Shown here: positions 1-14,065 of the stretch, one piece after another
How the letters are laid out: the number at the start of each line of letters is the position of its first letter
Position numbering within the stretch: position 1 is the first letter of the stretch
From: Camelus dromedarius
Taxonomy: Eukaryota
Direction of reading: 5' to 3'
Length of the DNA stretch: 64,000 bases
Assembly: GCF_036321535.1 (NCBI RefSeq)
Contig: NC_087436.1
Location: 109,308,001-109,372,000 of the forward strand
Program-made: the position numbers and the translations under genes
Notes under the pieces: generated by a model
The model's input: only the letters and a program-made list of their open reading frames with translations
Database searches by the model: none
Told to the model about the DNA's origin: nothing

Positions 1-639
1 ACTGCTAATAGGAAAGAGAACAATCTCAAAATCATTCACCTACAATCTAAGCGTCTGATTTATTATTACCATGAATAATTCCACCATTCTAATTCTTGCT
101 AAGTCCTGTGAAGAGTTCCCCATAAATTTTTTAAAAAGAACTAGAGCAAATCTTCGATATGTTTCGTTTCCTCTCCTTCCCTCAGTTATGTTTGAGCAGT
201 CCCCAGAGACCAGGAGGCCTTATGCTAAATTCTTGCCCCTCTCTTAACTGAACTCCTACATACTTTTATAAGCAAAGAAACTGGTCTTTACAAAGAGATC
301 AAATACCTTTGCTTAGCATCTGTAGCTAGTGACCAGCAGAGTTAGGAACATAACTAGTATGTCTTCTGACTTCTGATCCACATTACATATATTTCATCCC
401 AAATTCAACCTACTGGTAGTGTCTTTTTCAAGCTTAATTTCCATTAAGAATTCAGTTGGAAAGTATTTCTTAACCATCTAGCACTAGGCTAGATGCTATA
501 TGTAAAACAAAGACAAATGTCAGACAGGAGTCTTGGCAAAGTTAACACACATTATGAATAGAAAATGATACTTAACAGCACATTGTAGGAGATAGATAAT
601 AATTGTGGTAGTTTAAATAATAAAAACCAAAAACTAAAA

Positions 640-870
640 ACAAAAAAACCACTTAGCACTTACTACTGTCAAGTATCCTACTAACTCGTGTTCATTTAGT
701 GAATAATTTACACAACACCTCCATGGAGTAAGTTCCACTATCACCCTCGTTTCACATGAGGGAAAACCTGCTGGCACAGGGCAGGTGATTGAGCGACATT
801 CACAAGTTTACCCATTAAGTGACTCAAACCCAGCAGTCTGAGTCAGCTGTCTGTAGTCAGAGCCACTGCA
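640..870 (-). mobile_element. MIR SINE remnant
   Basis: Degenerate reverse MIR core (tttcacatgagggaaaa...gactcaaacccagcagtctgagtcag). Confidence 0.6.
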
Positions 871-1556
871 TTAGAATGAATGATCATTGGGAGGTAACAA
901 AAGCAGTTGAGAAAGGGTTGGTGGAGGAGGTGAGACTTACATGAGGACAGTAAATTGTGCTACTCTAAATTGGAAGCAAGGATGGAGTCCAGAAATGTGC
1001 TAGGAATTTCCAGTCACTAACAGGATAATCTCCTTGCCTGGACTCCAGTTAAAGTGCTAATGCAGACAACTAGATTGCAGTGGGTATTGAAAACCAGGCA
1101 AAGGAGTTTTATGCAAAAGGGAAGTTAATTTTAACTACCTAATCCCTGCAAAGTGGCCTAAAGTATATCTAGATATCACATCTCCCAATGTCCTTATAAG
1201 CAAAGGTTTCAATAGAATAACTATCAAATATACTTGTTACAATATGATTATTTGTATTTAGAAAAGTTATTCCTATTTTTTAAGAGGCAAACCTGAAGAC
1301 TTTATCTAAAATAAACCTTGAAATCTTCCTCTTTGGTTTCTAGTTAGAAATTCCAAATAATTAATGCATAAAATGTTAACACTGACTTTCTCAGTATAAG
1401 AGCAAGCATATCATTGGCTTTCTTAGTTTAAGAGCAACATATTTATCTATGTTAAATGAAATTTCCTTTAATTTTCTTAAATATTTACTCTTCAAACATT
1501 CTGAACATTCACAAAGTATGTATGTTTCTGTAGTTCTCAATATCCTCATCTCCAAC

Positions 1557-1560
<4 letters not shown>

Positions 1561-1594
<34 letters not shown>
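1561..1594 (+). repeat. (CA)17 microsatellite
   Basis: Uninterrupted CA run read directly. Confidence 0.95.
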
Positions 1595-1598
<4 letters not shown>

Positions 1599-4500
1599 AC
1601 ACCTGGCTGGCTTGGAATTTCAGTTGGTGTAATGAACTATATCATGTAGATTAGCTACCCAGTATGTTAAGTCACCAGATACTGTCACTCCTCCTTTTCT
1701 CTATTTTTCTTTCATACCTTTTAACTTCTGAGCATTTTGTGTCTTGTAACTACCTCTATCAAAAGGTGGATATTTATGTATAGGAGATAACATTTAAAGG
1801 AATATTCCTACTTGTGGGTTTTTGTTACTAAGCTCTGGACAGAGAAACAGCTTTGAGAAGCAAAAAACTCAATGTGGGTTAAAAAAAAAAAAAAGAAAAA
1901 GGTTTTAGAGAAATGCTGAAACTTGATAGAAGTAGAGAGAGTATATAACATTGTACAAAGTGCCTATGTAATGCTCAGCAGTATTTTGTGAACGAGAATA
2001 GATTTCTTGGTTCAAAGCAAGGCTTTCTATTAAGAGATTTTAATAACATTCAATCCTCCTTGCACTCTTTTACCATGAATAATACAGAAAGTAGGTTTTA
2101 TCCTGAGGCATTTGAATTTAAACTTAAAAAAAGGGGATAAACATTTTTACTTTCAATATGAATAAAAATAATGTACTTAGAAAAACTACATTATAATGCT
2201 GTATTCATTTCTGGAAAAGTTAAAGATTTTACTTTAACAGCAAGTAACAAAGTAGGTAGTTTTAATGTTTCACATGTTTGAATATGAAGTTACATATCTA
2301 GATAAAATGAGAGGAGTAACAGATAAACATTTTAACAATACTTTTAGAAAAAGAAAGTGTTACTGATTGAGCAGCTGCCACTGACAGTGCAGATTATATT
2401 TTACAAATGCTATCAGTCTCAAGACCATTCTTTTTTAGGTAAATGTTTTTATAAAAGATCAAGAATAAGTGATAGCATCAAATAAGCTGATAGCATCAAA
2501 TCTTTTTTAGTAACTAATGAAGTGAATTTGAATTTTCATATTAATGGCATCACTGTTCCTATTGTCCATATATAAATCTCCTTCATCATATGATAGTAAT
2601 GATCTCTAATTAAATGATGATGATAATAGAGTAACAACGTACCTATTTTTCCACAGAATGTGTTTGACAATGGTTGCCTATTTTGACCCCGATTCTTAAA
2701 ACAATGTAACTACAGTGGTAGTTTAAAGATGTAAAATGCGTATCAACAGTATTGTAAATATTTTATAAACTGAAGGTAAACTAACTGGCAACTTCAAATG
2801 TTTTACAGCAGGAAGTTTAGGATGTAAATTAAATAATACTTAAATGCTAAACATTTACACAAAAATAAAGTGTTCAATTAAGACATATTTTTAAGATACT
2901 AATCTAGCACACCAGATTCAAAATGTAATTTAAATTAATATTTTAGGGGAAAAGAGGTCAAGGTTAAACTGTTTGTCTTCCTTAAAAAGTTTATAATGTC
3001 TTTTGTGTCTTTACTAACAAAAAGAAATCTCAATGAAACTTGGATATTAAAACCTCCCAGGAAACCAACAATAAAAGCTGCTAAGAATTTCACAACTTTT
3101 TTTTTCCTTAGGTGTTAATTAAATGATCATTTAACACTGAAACGTAAACACAACATTTTCATCTTCTGACAGCACAGCCTATTATAAATCCAGGGTAATA
3201 AAAGTCTCCGTGTTAACACTCTGAACCAAGTTCCCACAACACTCTAAGATGCCTTGTGGTGTCTAAGGTTAAACATCTAGACACAAAACAAAGCTTGTGC
3301 CTACTCGACTTCCAGTCCAATTTTCCCATCGCCCAGTGACCTAGGTAACACTTTGAGCAATAAAGAATAAATTTAATTTCTCCAGCATTTTGTGAGGATT
3401 AGGAACAATTGTTGGCTTGCAATGACTTTTTATCCTTGGATTCTTTTCCTCTGGAGCATTCCTCAGGTCCTAAAAGAGAATTCTGATGGTTTAAGACATA
3501 GAACAAACAGAACTTTAAATTAGGCTTTTTTCAATCAATTGGAACTGTTGGAGGGGAAGCAATCAACCTTTCTCTGTGCTGTTCTCAGCTATTCACATAC
3601 TTCAAGCTTTAATCTTTCACTAGAAGAAGAAACCTATCGTGATGGGGCAAAGCTATCTTTTCCCATTCTGTGTCCAGACTTATTTATTTCTCTTTTCTTT
3701 AAGCTTTTTTTTTTTTTTTAAACACTTAAATCAAGTCACCATACTTCGCTGTACACATTCATTTGGGGGACATTTCAAGAGGCACAGATGTTCTCTTAAT
3801 AACGTTTCACACAGCCGTGTTGTGCCCTAGACCCCAAGTATCCGCCAAAGATGGGCTTTTTACTCTCCTTTGTGACTTTCTCCATAGTTTTGTTTTTTTT
3901 TTAAACTCTTGTCCCAAGTTTCTTATATCAATTTATCAAATGTTTTAAGGTTAACTCTATAAATAATTTCATGATTGCAATTAACTTGGTTGTGGGTAAC
4001 AGGTAATGAAAAGGACATACACCACATTCATCTGACTGCAAAGCTTATGTATGTGTAAAAAGTATTGGAGTTATGATGACAGCAAAACAAAAATAACTTC
4101 TGGCTCTAATCTATTTCATTATCAAATATTGTTTAAATTCAAAGTCTTAAATGGGCTGCAACGTGAACCGCACTCTGACGAAATGTGTAGTCTAAAAATG
4201 CCCTGAAAATCATACATGCAGCGTATGTAAAGGTGACAGACTGTTCCACAGGTCAAATCATATTTGCATATTACAAGTTCGATGGACTAATTATCTTACA
4301 TTGTTTTAAAACAGAAATTTTAATTAGTGATAAAAGCGTTCTTTAGCAATACATATAAATCTTCTGGGTAAATTTCAGAACAGCTTAAGGAGTTTACTCA
4401 GCATTTTCTAGCTCACTTGTATTCTGCCTTCATTTTGTTATTCAGGACAACACAACATTAAAACAACTATTTAATATGTGAACTAACAGTTTCCTGAGTC

Positions 4501-5280
4501 ACAGTCTATTTTTCTATCCTTAATTCATTTTATATAAGAATTTTTAAATTATATGAATCACCAACTGGGAGAGGGTAAGAGATCTCATTAAGAACATTCT
4601 GGCCTTAAGGTATCCTGTGTTGCCACGTAATGAGAAATGAAATTGTGCAAATGCACATTCTATGTTAATTTGCAGTGTTAAAAAATTAATGTGGTTACGC
4701 TTATGTATGTGTTTTTACGCCAAGAATAAATACAAGAGAGACATGAAAGAGGGCCGGGAGATCTGCTGACTGGGAGCAACTTGCAAGGACACACGTGTGG
4801 TTGTTATGTCGTACTATTTTGCAATGAGAGGAGGATAATCCTGTTAAGTATCATTTCTCTCAGACTTGAAAGTTGACAATGTTCTTTCAAATACAGAATC
4901 TGTATTATGACTTAAAATATTCCCAGGAGGTAAATACCATTCCCATTTTACAGATGAGGAAACTTGGCTCCACAGGGTCCACTGATTTACAAAGAAAGCA
5001 AAGCCACTACCATCTGAGTAGGCATTTAATGACTAGCATTTCACGCCACCCCTCATGACATTACTTGATTTCAGTGTCTTAAAACATAATATAACTACAT
5101 TAAAATTAGTTAAATAAAACTAACGCCCTATGGACACTTATTCCTAGAATAATTATTTATATAAAGTTCAGTCACCAGGTTATATCAAGATTACAGTGGC
5201 AATTTTACGATTTACAGTCAAATTTTAAGATACTCCCTGATGATGTGTATTCAACAATACTTTTTTGACATGAAAACCAT

Positions 5281-5322
5281 ATATTTAAATTCATCTTTTG
5301 AATATTTAAATTCATCTTTTGA
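5281..5322 (+). repeat. Perfect 21-bp tandem duplication
   Basis: atatttaaattcatcttttga occurs twice (5281-5301, 5302-5322). Confidence 0.95.
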
Positions 5323-8300
5323 AAAACACAATCATTCTTTATGAACTCGGTAGGCTTTATTACATATTCCAAGCCAGATGTTAGCAATGGCTGAAGTCCA
5401 CAAATGCCACATATTGTGTGGGGCCACATACCATAATGGCTTTTCTCCCCAGCATCTACCATGGTGTTCACCAAATTCAAGTCGGCAAACCATGGGGACT
5501 CGGTCGAGGTAGGAACATTTACATCTTGGAAAGCAACCATTTCAACATGAGTGGGAAAGCCCTTCCTGCACTTGACTTCCCTATGCCACAAACTATGTTG
5601 TGGGTTTCACACTCAGAGAGTCTACTGGTGGGTTGGCAACAGCAGAAACCTACCAATGTCTGACTTTCTCCAGCAACAAGTCTTCTATTAGTAAGCCCTT
5701 TAAAATAAAAACCATCCACAGGAGGCCTGGCAAAAATCTCAAATACAATCTTAATCTTTGTGGCATTTATAACTTCTCAATCATAGGACTGCATGTTGAT
5801 TTTTAAACAAAATCAAAATAAGTCCTGTCAAATGGCTTGCCATTTTCTTTTTTTATGGCAAGTCATAATGGCTACTCTGAAATGGTCCAGATATCAGTCT
5901 ATCAAGTCTTAAAAACCTACTTAAAAACAAACCTTTGGTTACATAACAGTAATTTCTTTCAACGTTCCTCATGTATCTGTTTTTTAAGTGGCAAGAAGAG
6001 AATCCGTTGGGGCCAAAAATAATAAGTAATTAATAAATTACTTAATAAATCATTAGGGACTTGGTGTTTTAATCCCTGACAGTTAACACTTTCCTAAGTG
6101 TTATCTTTCATACTGGTTCTTTGTTTTCAAAGATAAAGAGTCAATCTGTTCCCCTTAGCAAGTTATCAGCATTAACAGTACAAACAGTGGACCCTTGCAT
6201 GGGATGATAGCATAGACAGACACCCCACCTCGGAAGCACTTCTCTCCTCTGCACCTGAAGCTCTCCGGCAGCCTCAGCCACAGAGATCTGCGGCAGCTCA
6301 CTAGATGAGTAATGATGTCGATCTGGCGGGACAACGGTAACCGTGGCAACTGTAACCTGCAATTCCTGTGCTACCACTGTCGGATTTATTGTGGCAGGGG
6401 CCAAACAGGCCAAGAGTGAAATGAAGCAGGGAACTACGCACCTGACACCTCTAGGAGCCCACACTTTAATCAGAGCTGGCAGAAATTAATTCAGGAGGAA
6501 TTCTGACACAGGCACCACGGTCGTATTCTGCTTTTATCCTTGAATACAAGAATTCTGAGATTAAACTGGCATCAGAGAACTGGGGTCGGGATGGGGGGGA
6601 GTCTCACATAAGTCTAGTATTGTACTAAATGAAAGTCTATTTATTTTGCTTAGGTGAAAAATGAAACATTTTGATTTTGCTGTGTCTACCTTCCATGTTT
6701 CGAAAACCTAAAGGGACTGAACATTTAATTAGCCAAGGTATTCTTTAAATTTAATTTGGCTGTCCATTATTCATAATGCCTTCCCATTGTTACTATTTGC
6801 CCATTCAAGTTACAAATCCTGAACCTGACAGAGATTTAATGCAATAGATCAAACACTTACTGAGAGCTTTCTAAAGGTCAAGCCTTATACTAAACCCTGG
6901 GGATATTAAAAAATGTTTTTTTAATACATGTTCACCAGCGTTTATAAACATAATTATAGAAAAAGAAAACCACGTTACTAGTCATTGACAAGTATTCTAG
7001 TGGTTGTATCTGGGTGGTGAGACAATGCGAAATTTATCCACCCACTTTTCTAATTTTCTGAATTGTCTAAATCTTCTTAATATAAGCATGCATTACTCTT
7101 ATAACTATTAAAAAACAGAATAAAAAACTAAGTCTCCTTCTATGAGAAAGGGAAACACGCACAGCTTCATTGTATATTTGTTAAGTTTTGCAAATTAATT
7201 TTTACCTTAATAGAAGAAAAACTAAGTTTTCCTCTTAAAGAATCTTAATAACTATTATCAAAAACAATTTGGAGAATCTGAGATCCTATGTGATAACAAA
7301 TGAATTGTGACCTGACCAATTGAATTAAGTGCTCAAAATCTATTTGCGTCAGGTAAGGAGTTACTAGGCCATAAAAAGACTCCTTGGCTTTAAAAATGCT
7401 ACTTATAATGTAAGATAATTTAGTGGCTCCAAAGCTCACTGGGGAGTAATAAATGTCACTTGTTAACCAGAAATAGTTTTAATTCAAAGAAGTAAAGAAA
7501 TTGAATCTCTGGGACCCATGTATTTATTTTTGTTTGTTGGTTTTGTTTTGTTTCAGAAGACATAAGTGAAAAACGAAGTTTTACATCGTGGTCTGGCTAC
7601 TTAAGCTTATGTTAGAAGTCTGGGTAAATATACTACTACTCAAAGAAATACACTGAAAACCACAAAACAAATATTTATAACCAAATGCTTAACCACAGTA
7701 CTGCCAATGAAATTCCTCTCTAATGAGCCCGGATGAGTAGCTGCAAACTTCAGCTAAAAAGTGTGAATCACTCACGGGTAAGTCACCTTCGAGGTTACAC
7801 TTTCCAGGAAGGTTTGTTTATGCCGCTCATGAATTTCAATCATAATCAACGATTTCAAAAGTCACTGAAATTTCTGTCAGTTAACCAGCTCCTAACTGCT
7901 CTGAAAAATCCTGTTTTCCACTCTTAAACTGATAATAAAAATGCAACCAGGTGGAGCAAAGGGGGAGGATGGGGTGTCTGCGTAAGTTAAGAAAACTTTG
8001 TGCTGTCTATTTTAACCTCCAACCTATGGCCCTTCACTTTTTTCTTTACTTACACTTTCCATCTGTCAACAGTGCTTGTAATTTTACTACACTGTCCTGC
8101 AGTTTATGCAGAGTTGGTGTTATTTTACAGACTTCTGTTAATGGACTGGATAAATGGTAATGCTATTTAAACTAGTCTCCTGCTCCAACAAACACAGCTG
8201 CAACCGTACTACTATTTCTGAGCAAACATCTTGACCTGAACATGTAGTGCTCTCTCAACCCGTCCAAAGAGAAATTGGAGCAGACAGCAAAGGAAAAGCG

Positions 8301-11300
8301 TATTTGGCCGCTAGCAGCAATCAACCATGTCCAATCATAATTCATATACAGTGTACCCTCTTTTTCTTCCATAATGCATTTAGAGTTTAAAAAAAAAAAG
8401 TATGTGTGCCTCCTCACCTGGCATCTCATTTTCAGCCAAGAGTCAAATGGTGATTATTCATTACAAAAGCACAAAGAAATTCTGTATAACGTCCAGTGGA
8501 TCAGACTAGATTTAATCTAGGCAAACAATGATAAAAATCAAACATCAGTGTATGAACTATATATTAAAATAAGGAAACCTTCTCGTTGGAAAAAATATCA
8601 GGAAAAAATGGTATTAAGTAAGGGTAAGATGTAAAATAAGTTAGGAAAAGAGAGATACTAATGAGAAGTATGCAATAATTTATATGAAGAGAAAATAAAT
8701 TCTAAATTCGTTTCTTTCATGAATTCTAGATGTGTATGGCTCTACCAAATTATGCAGCAGGGCAACTGTAGATCACTTAATGTGCATATACAACAACCAG
8801 TCAAATCTTCCCCATCACAACATATTGTCCATGTTTTTTGTCCAAAATTCTGTTTCCTTTGTCCCGTCCCTTACCCTTCTTGTGAAAGAAACATTCATTT
8901 TTAAATGAACATTTTAGAGGACATTTTCGTATGTAGATTTGTGCATATTTTTCCATCTGTTAGAACATTTGTTTCGGGTTAGCTACTAGGCACCTGTATC
9001 ATATGAAAAAATGTGAACTTGCATCCTTCCTCTTGAAAATTACACTAGCCTGGCAGTCAGCTTCCCAAGCTTTTGGCCCTTTGTTTATTAAAGACTCTTA
9101 AGGGGGGCTGTTTAATTCAATTAGTAATCACCATCATAAAAAAAAAAAAAAAAAAAAACTAGTCACATGTAGCTTATAACTTATCCTCGCAAGAGAAAGA
9201 TCATTTCTAACAATCCGCAAAATCTAATTCAGGTGAGACTACAGTGCTTCAGCTCCAGAGAAGATTCCTGATTGCTGGTGCAGAAAAAAATTACGCATCT
9301 ATGGTTCTATGTGTATCCAATGCCTGTGTCAAGGTGTCAAGTTCCAAACAGTATTAAACATCAAGCCATCAAGCTCTAACCTTAGGAAAATCAAAGCATT
9401 CGAGTCTCTCTCACAACTAATTCCACATCAGAAACAAAACTGAATCTTCCATTAGTCCCCAGGGAAAATCCTTTGCGGCAAACAGGCACATCACAATTCT
9501 GAACAATTCTTTTCTGAATATTCTGAATAATTCTTTTCCCATTTTTGACATGCTTTTAATTAACTAGAAAATGTTGCCTTATAGTTTTATAGGTTCTGTT
9601 TCTTTAAATTCACTGAAGGATTTCAAGTCTTCTTTCATACAGCAACTTCATTAAGTTTTAAAAACATAACAAAACATAAAGGACAATCCCTTGGTCCAGT
9701 ATATGATATTGTCAATGGGGGAAAAATATTAAACAGAATATACTTTTTAAGAGGGGATTCTGCACTAGATTATACCACCTGAATTCTCCTATGAAAATTA
9801 ATACAAGTACTTCTAGGCAAAAAAATAAATAAATAATTAAACATTCTAGTTTCTCAGAGATAGTATTAAAATTACTTCCTACATTTTCCCCCTCTTCATC
9901 TTCATAACTTTAATTCTAGTTACAACAGCCATTCCATTTAAATTATATTTCCACAGCTACATAGAAAACAATCTCCTAGACGATTCAGATTGTTTTCATA
10001 TGCACATTATTAGCAAAGTAGTAGTTTAACAGCACTCACTGTATACTAGGTTTGAAGTCAATGATTCAAAATCCCCTCAATCAAAAAAAAAGTTAAAGAA
10101 AGCAGAATACTACGAAAGCCATCTCTGCAGCCCTTCTTGGAAACTAAGCACAAATAATTAAATCTAAGTATCAATTTATATTCATACATATAATCTTCAT
10201 AATAGCCTATACCCAGTTTCCTTGGTAAAACTAGTCCTCAGATAATTCTTGTTAAAAAGGTGGTCTCAAGGTTTCTTTATTGGATTCTTTTAAATTTACT
10301 TAAATTGGGCCAATTAACCAGCAGGAAACATGAAGCAGAGGAGAAATTCTGCTAAGCGACTCTGGCTATCCTTAGAGAAACAGGAAAGTCAGACTCTAGA
10401 GAGAAGACCTGGTGTGTAGCTGGCTACACTTCCGCCTGCTGGATAAATTCTTCCTATAGTGAGCTAAGGTGTTAGGAGGACCTAACAGAGATCCTAACAG
10501 AGATACAATGTGGGGGAGGGCTCTGGGAAGAGAGCCTTCCTGCTTCTGGAACTGATAACAATATTGAACTAGTAGGCTACAATGCCTTGGCTACAAAGTC
10601 AAGTTTGGTTTTGCAATCTCCTCACTTTCCCCACAAGCACGACCATATGGAACTTCCCCACCATCCAGGTGGGAGCCAACTGAGCAATTTATTCTATGTA
10701 TCCCCACGATCTCTTCACAACATCCAAGAACATCAATAATCATAGCTAGTTATTTTGCCAACACTTTGCAGCTTATCTCCCATCTGCACAAAATCATTCA
10801 TATGGCTGAAGATCTAATTTTAAAAGCTTTCAAAAATGTCTTTTCACTCTCGTGCATTAGGTCAATGAACAAGCATTCCAGGGAGGAAAAACCGATCTGC
10901 CTAAAACTCACATTACATCCTTCCAAAGAAGTACTTCCGCTAACAGTCAAAGACGTATTTGATATGAAACCATTGCAGTCATTCACATGGCAAAGTTTCG
11001 AATTCTGGCTTTAAAAGGAACATTTAAGAGGAAATTTACAGCCCTCTTTAAATACCTTATAATAATACTTCCAGACTAATAAACACTATTTGAGTACAGA
11101 AACAATATCAAAAAAGCTGACATTAAGAAGCCCAACTTTACAAGAAAACACTGCCAATTTCCTCTGAAGAGGAAGTGCACTGGTAATCTTTCCCTTCAGA
11201 ACATAATTAAAAGTTTCCAGAGAGAAGTCAGGCCAATCTCCCCATCAGGACCAAAAAAAAAGAATAATACAATCGCAATGACATAGACATAAACCAGTAA

Positions 11301-11494
11301 ATGCTGACCAAATAAAAGAACTGGAACCACTGGGAAACCAATCATAAATTTCCAAAAAAAAGAAAGGCAAAATTTTAATCCATTAATCTACTGGTGAATA
11401 GATTCCAGGAAAGCACAAGGAAACAGATCCAAAATACATTCAATAAAACGCAAGGTACTACCCAAAGCAACAATAACTATTTCTGTCTACTTAC

Positions 11495-11566
11495 AGCCTG
11501 TATAGCTTCGCAGTTCCAAGAAACAGCAACTCAGGAAACAGCTGAAGGTGATTTCTGTTTAAACGC
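11495..11566 (-). CDS. SLIT2: SLIT2 coding exon 4 (72 nt, one LRR); the gene continues beyond the left edge of the window
   Basis: Minus strand reads (L)[23 protein letters not shown](L); acceptor gtttttgtttttctcaaaAG, donor GTAAGT. Confidence 0.97.
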
Positions 11567-13034
11567 CTTTTGAGAAAAACAAAAACAAAGCGTATGTTAC
11601 ATAGAAAGTACCCAACAATGAGACTGTGATTGGGGAGTGTCATGCCTCATCCTGCATTTAAGGAAAGAATGAAATGACATTCAAGAGAATTCAAGCATTA
11701 CAAATCAAAAGTTGGTTACACCTCTTGCTACATGACTCTTTAAAGCGATTTTCTGTGATGCTTACTCAGGTGATGATTACTGAGGTCTGAACTCTAAACT
11801 CACATCCCCGCGCAACATCAGTCAACCAGTACAGATGCAATGAAAAAGGATTTCTGGACTCAGAATCTGGTGTTGAGGGCAGGCAAGTTCAACACACAGC
11901 AGAAACAACCCATTAAATGGTGCCCTAAAATAATTCATATGCTATCCCAAATGACCTAAATTTCAGCCAAAGCACCGTGGGGAGATGGAAATTTCATTTT
12001 TTTTAAGCTTTTCATTTGGTTGCAGAAAAAATGTGTGAGGAAGTGTCAGCATGATTTGTCCCTGTAGGCAAAATCAGAAGAAAACCACAATCCACAGGTA
12101 ATTGAATATCAAGGCTGAGTTATAACTATCAGTGATGGCACAATGCTAAAGTATTTTTTTTTAAATGTTTAACTGATAGGGGGATGTTTTAAATATTTTA
12201 GAAAAGAATTTGATTGTAAGTCTAACTCAATTTAAGCCCTGGTGCTACGTGACTAAGTTCTTTTGGGCAATGCACATTTGCTAAAGAGTGGCAAATCCTA
12301 GCCCTGATGCATTAATATCCCAACCCCATTCATTTTACATACACAACTGAACAGCATGCCAATAAAAATAAATGTCTATCTACTTTCCCCAAATTTAAAT
12401 ACAATGATAACAAGTTGATGCAAAATGCACACTTTAATGATTTATAAGCTGCTATGACTGTAGAGGAGAGTACGAAGCTAATGTCATGCTGAAGAAATGA
12501 CGTGTTTCTCATCTTAAAGATAACTGTTAATGGGACAGGAAAAGAGGGCATATCAACCTAGAGTTATTTAAATGGTCATCAGATGGGAGCAGAATTACAC
12601 TTATTTAGTCTCTAGAGGGCAGAAATGGCACTAGGAATTGTAACTCTTAAGAAAGTAGATCATACGGATGACCTTTCTAAGTATAAAAGATATCATGAAA
12701 TGGGATGATCAGCCTTAAGAAACTCTCAATTCCTTATCCCACATGCATTCAAGCAGAGGCAATGCATTCTTTTTCTCCCTGCAACAGATGTAATGAAAAG
12801 AAATCCCACAGCAGGTGAAAAGTTGGATCAGGTGAACCTCAGAACTTCTTCCAACACTAAAATGTCACGAGCAAGGATAGTTACCTTTACCCTCTTCTGT
12901 GACATAACGCATATTATTATGAAGTTGGTTATCTATTAAAACACTCTTAGCACTTAATAAAATGCATGCTCATAAAAACGTATGCCGAGACTATCAGAGG
13001 GAAAATGGTAAAGTTCATAGTGAAAGGGGGGTCG

Positions 13035-13380
13035 TATGTAAAATGGAATAAGTCAGATGGAGAAAGACACTGTATGATATCACTTACATATGGAATCTAA
13101 ACATAAAACGAAATAGTGAATATAACAAAAAAGAAACAGACTCACAGATACAGAGAACAAACTAGTGGTTCACCAGTGGGGAGAGGGTAGGGGAGAGGGC
13201 CAAAGATAGGATAGAGGATTAAAAGATACAAACAACTAAGCTACAAAGATACATAGTACAACTCAGGGAATACAGTTAATACTTTGTAATTAGTGGAATA
13301 TAACCTTTAGAAATTGTGAATCACTATACTATACACCTGAAGCATATATTATACCTCAACTATGTCTCAATAAAGAAGAA
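13035..13380 (+). mobile_element. L1 3' end fragment
   Basis: Typical L1 3' UTR (tgtatgatatcacttacatatggaatctaa...gagaacaaactagtggtt...ctcaataaa), flanked by a 12-bp direct repeat atagtgaaaggg (13017-13028 and 13394-13405). Confidence 0.85.
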
Positions 13381-13879
13381 TTAACTATTCAAAATAGTGA
13401 AAGGGTGGACTGACTTATCACTTATACTAATTTTCATAAATAAAGCATATAACAAGGTTAAATTTAAAGTGAAACCGGAAGTCTTTTTTTCTTTGCTGGG
13501 CATGATCCTGAGGAAAGAGTACTTCCAGAATCTACTATTATACAATTTCAATAAAATATAACTTAATTATGACCTTGTTATATTCGTGTCTTGATAAAAT
13601 AGATTACAAATATTCACAACTGTGGGAATGAGAATTTTTCTAGGGAAGACACCCCATTGTCCAAAGAGCCAATTCCAATTTTTGAAATGACAGAGGTGTG
13701 TGTTCGTGATCTGATCCAAACCACGAGACTAACAAACATTGTTCATGACTGTTCTGCCAAAACCAGCATGGTCCTGCACGTCCCAGTCTCTGCAGATGGA
13801 ACTCTGTATAGAGCCTTCTCTCTTCTCCAAATGGTACTTTCTTAGGTCCTCTGTGTAACTCCCCTGATTCTTCTGCATA

Positions 13880-14065
13880 AAGTTAGTTCCTCCCTTGTCT
13901 GTGTCTCCATATGCCTGAAGTATCTGATTTATCAGATTATTTTTAGTCCTGTACTGGTCTGTTTCCCAGCAGGTTGTAAGCTCTTCAAGTGTAAAGACCA
14001 CATCTATGCATTCCCTTCCTTCTTCCCTGGCACTTAGTAGGTTCTTAGGAAATGCTGAATAAGAA
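13880..14065 (+). mobile_element. L2 3' end remnant
   Basis: gtaagctcttcaagtgtaaagacc...cctggcacttagtaggttcttaggaaatgctgaataa resembles the L2 3' tail. Confidence 0.65.

Noticed and set aside
5205..6464. 128-aa and 107-aa minus-strand intronic ORFs
   Set aside because: No recognisable homology, apparently non-ATG starts, no convincing splice context; the first includes the 21-bp duplication.
1..11494. SLIT2 exon 5 (expected DLSENQIQAIP...) or intronic miR-218
   Set aside because: Neither sequence was seen by eye; both are expected further downstream, outside this window.
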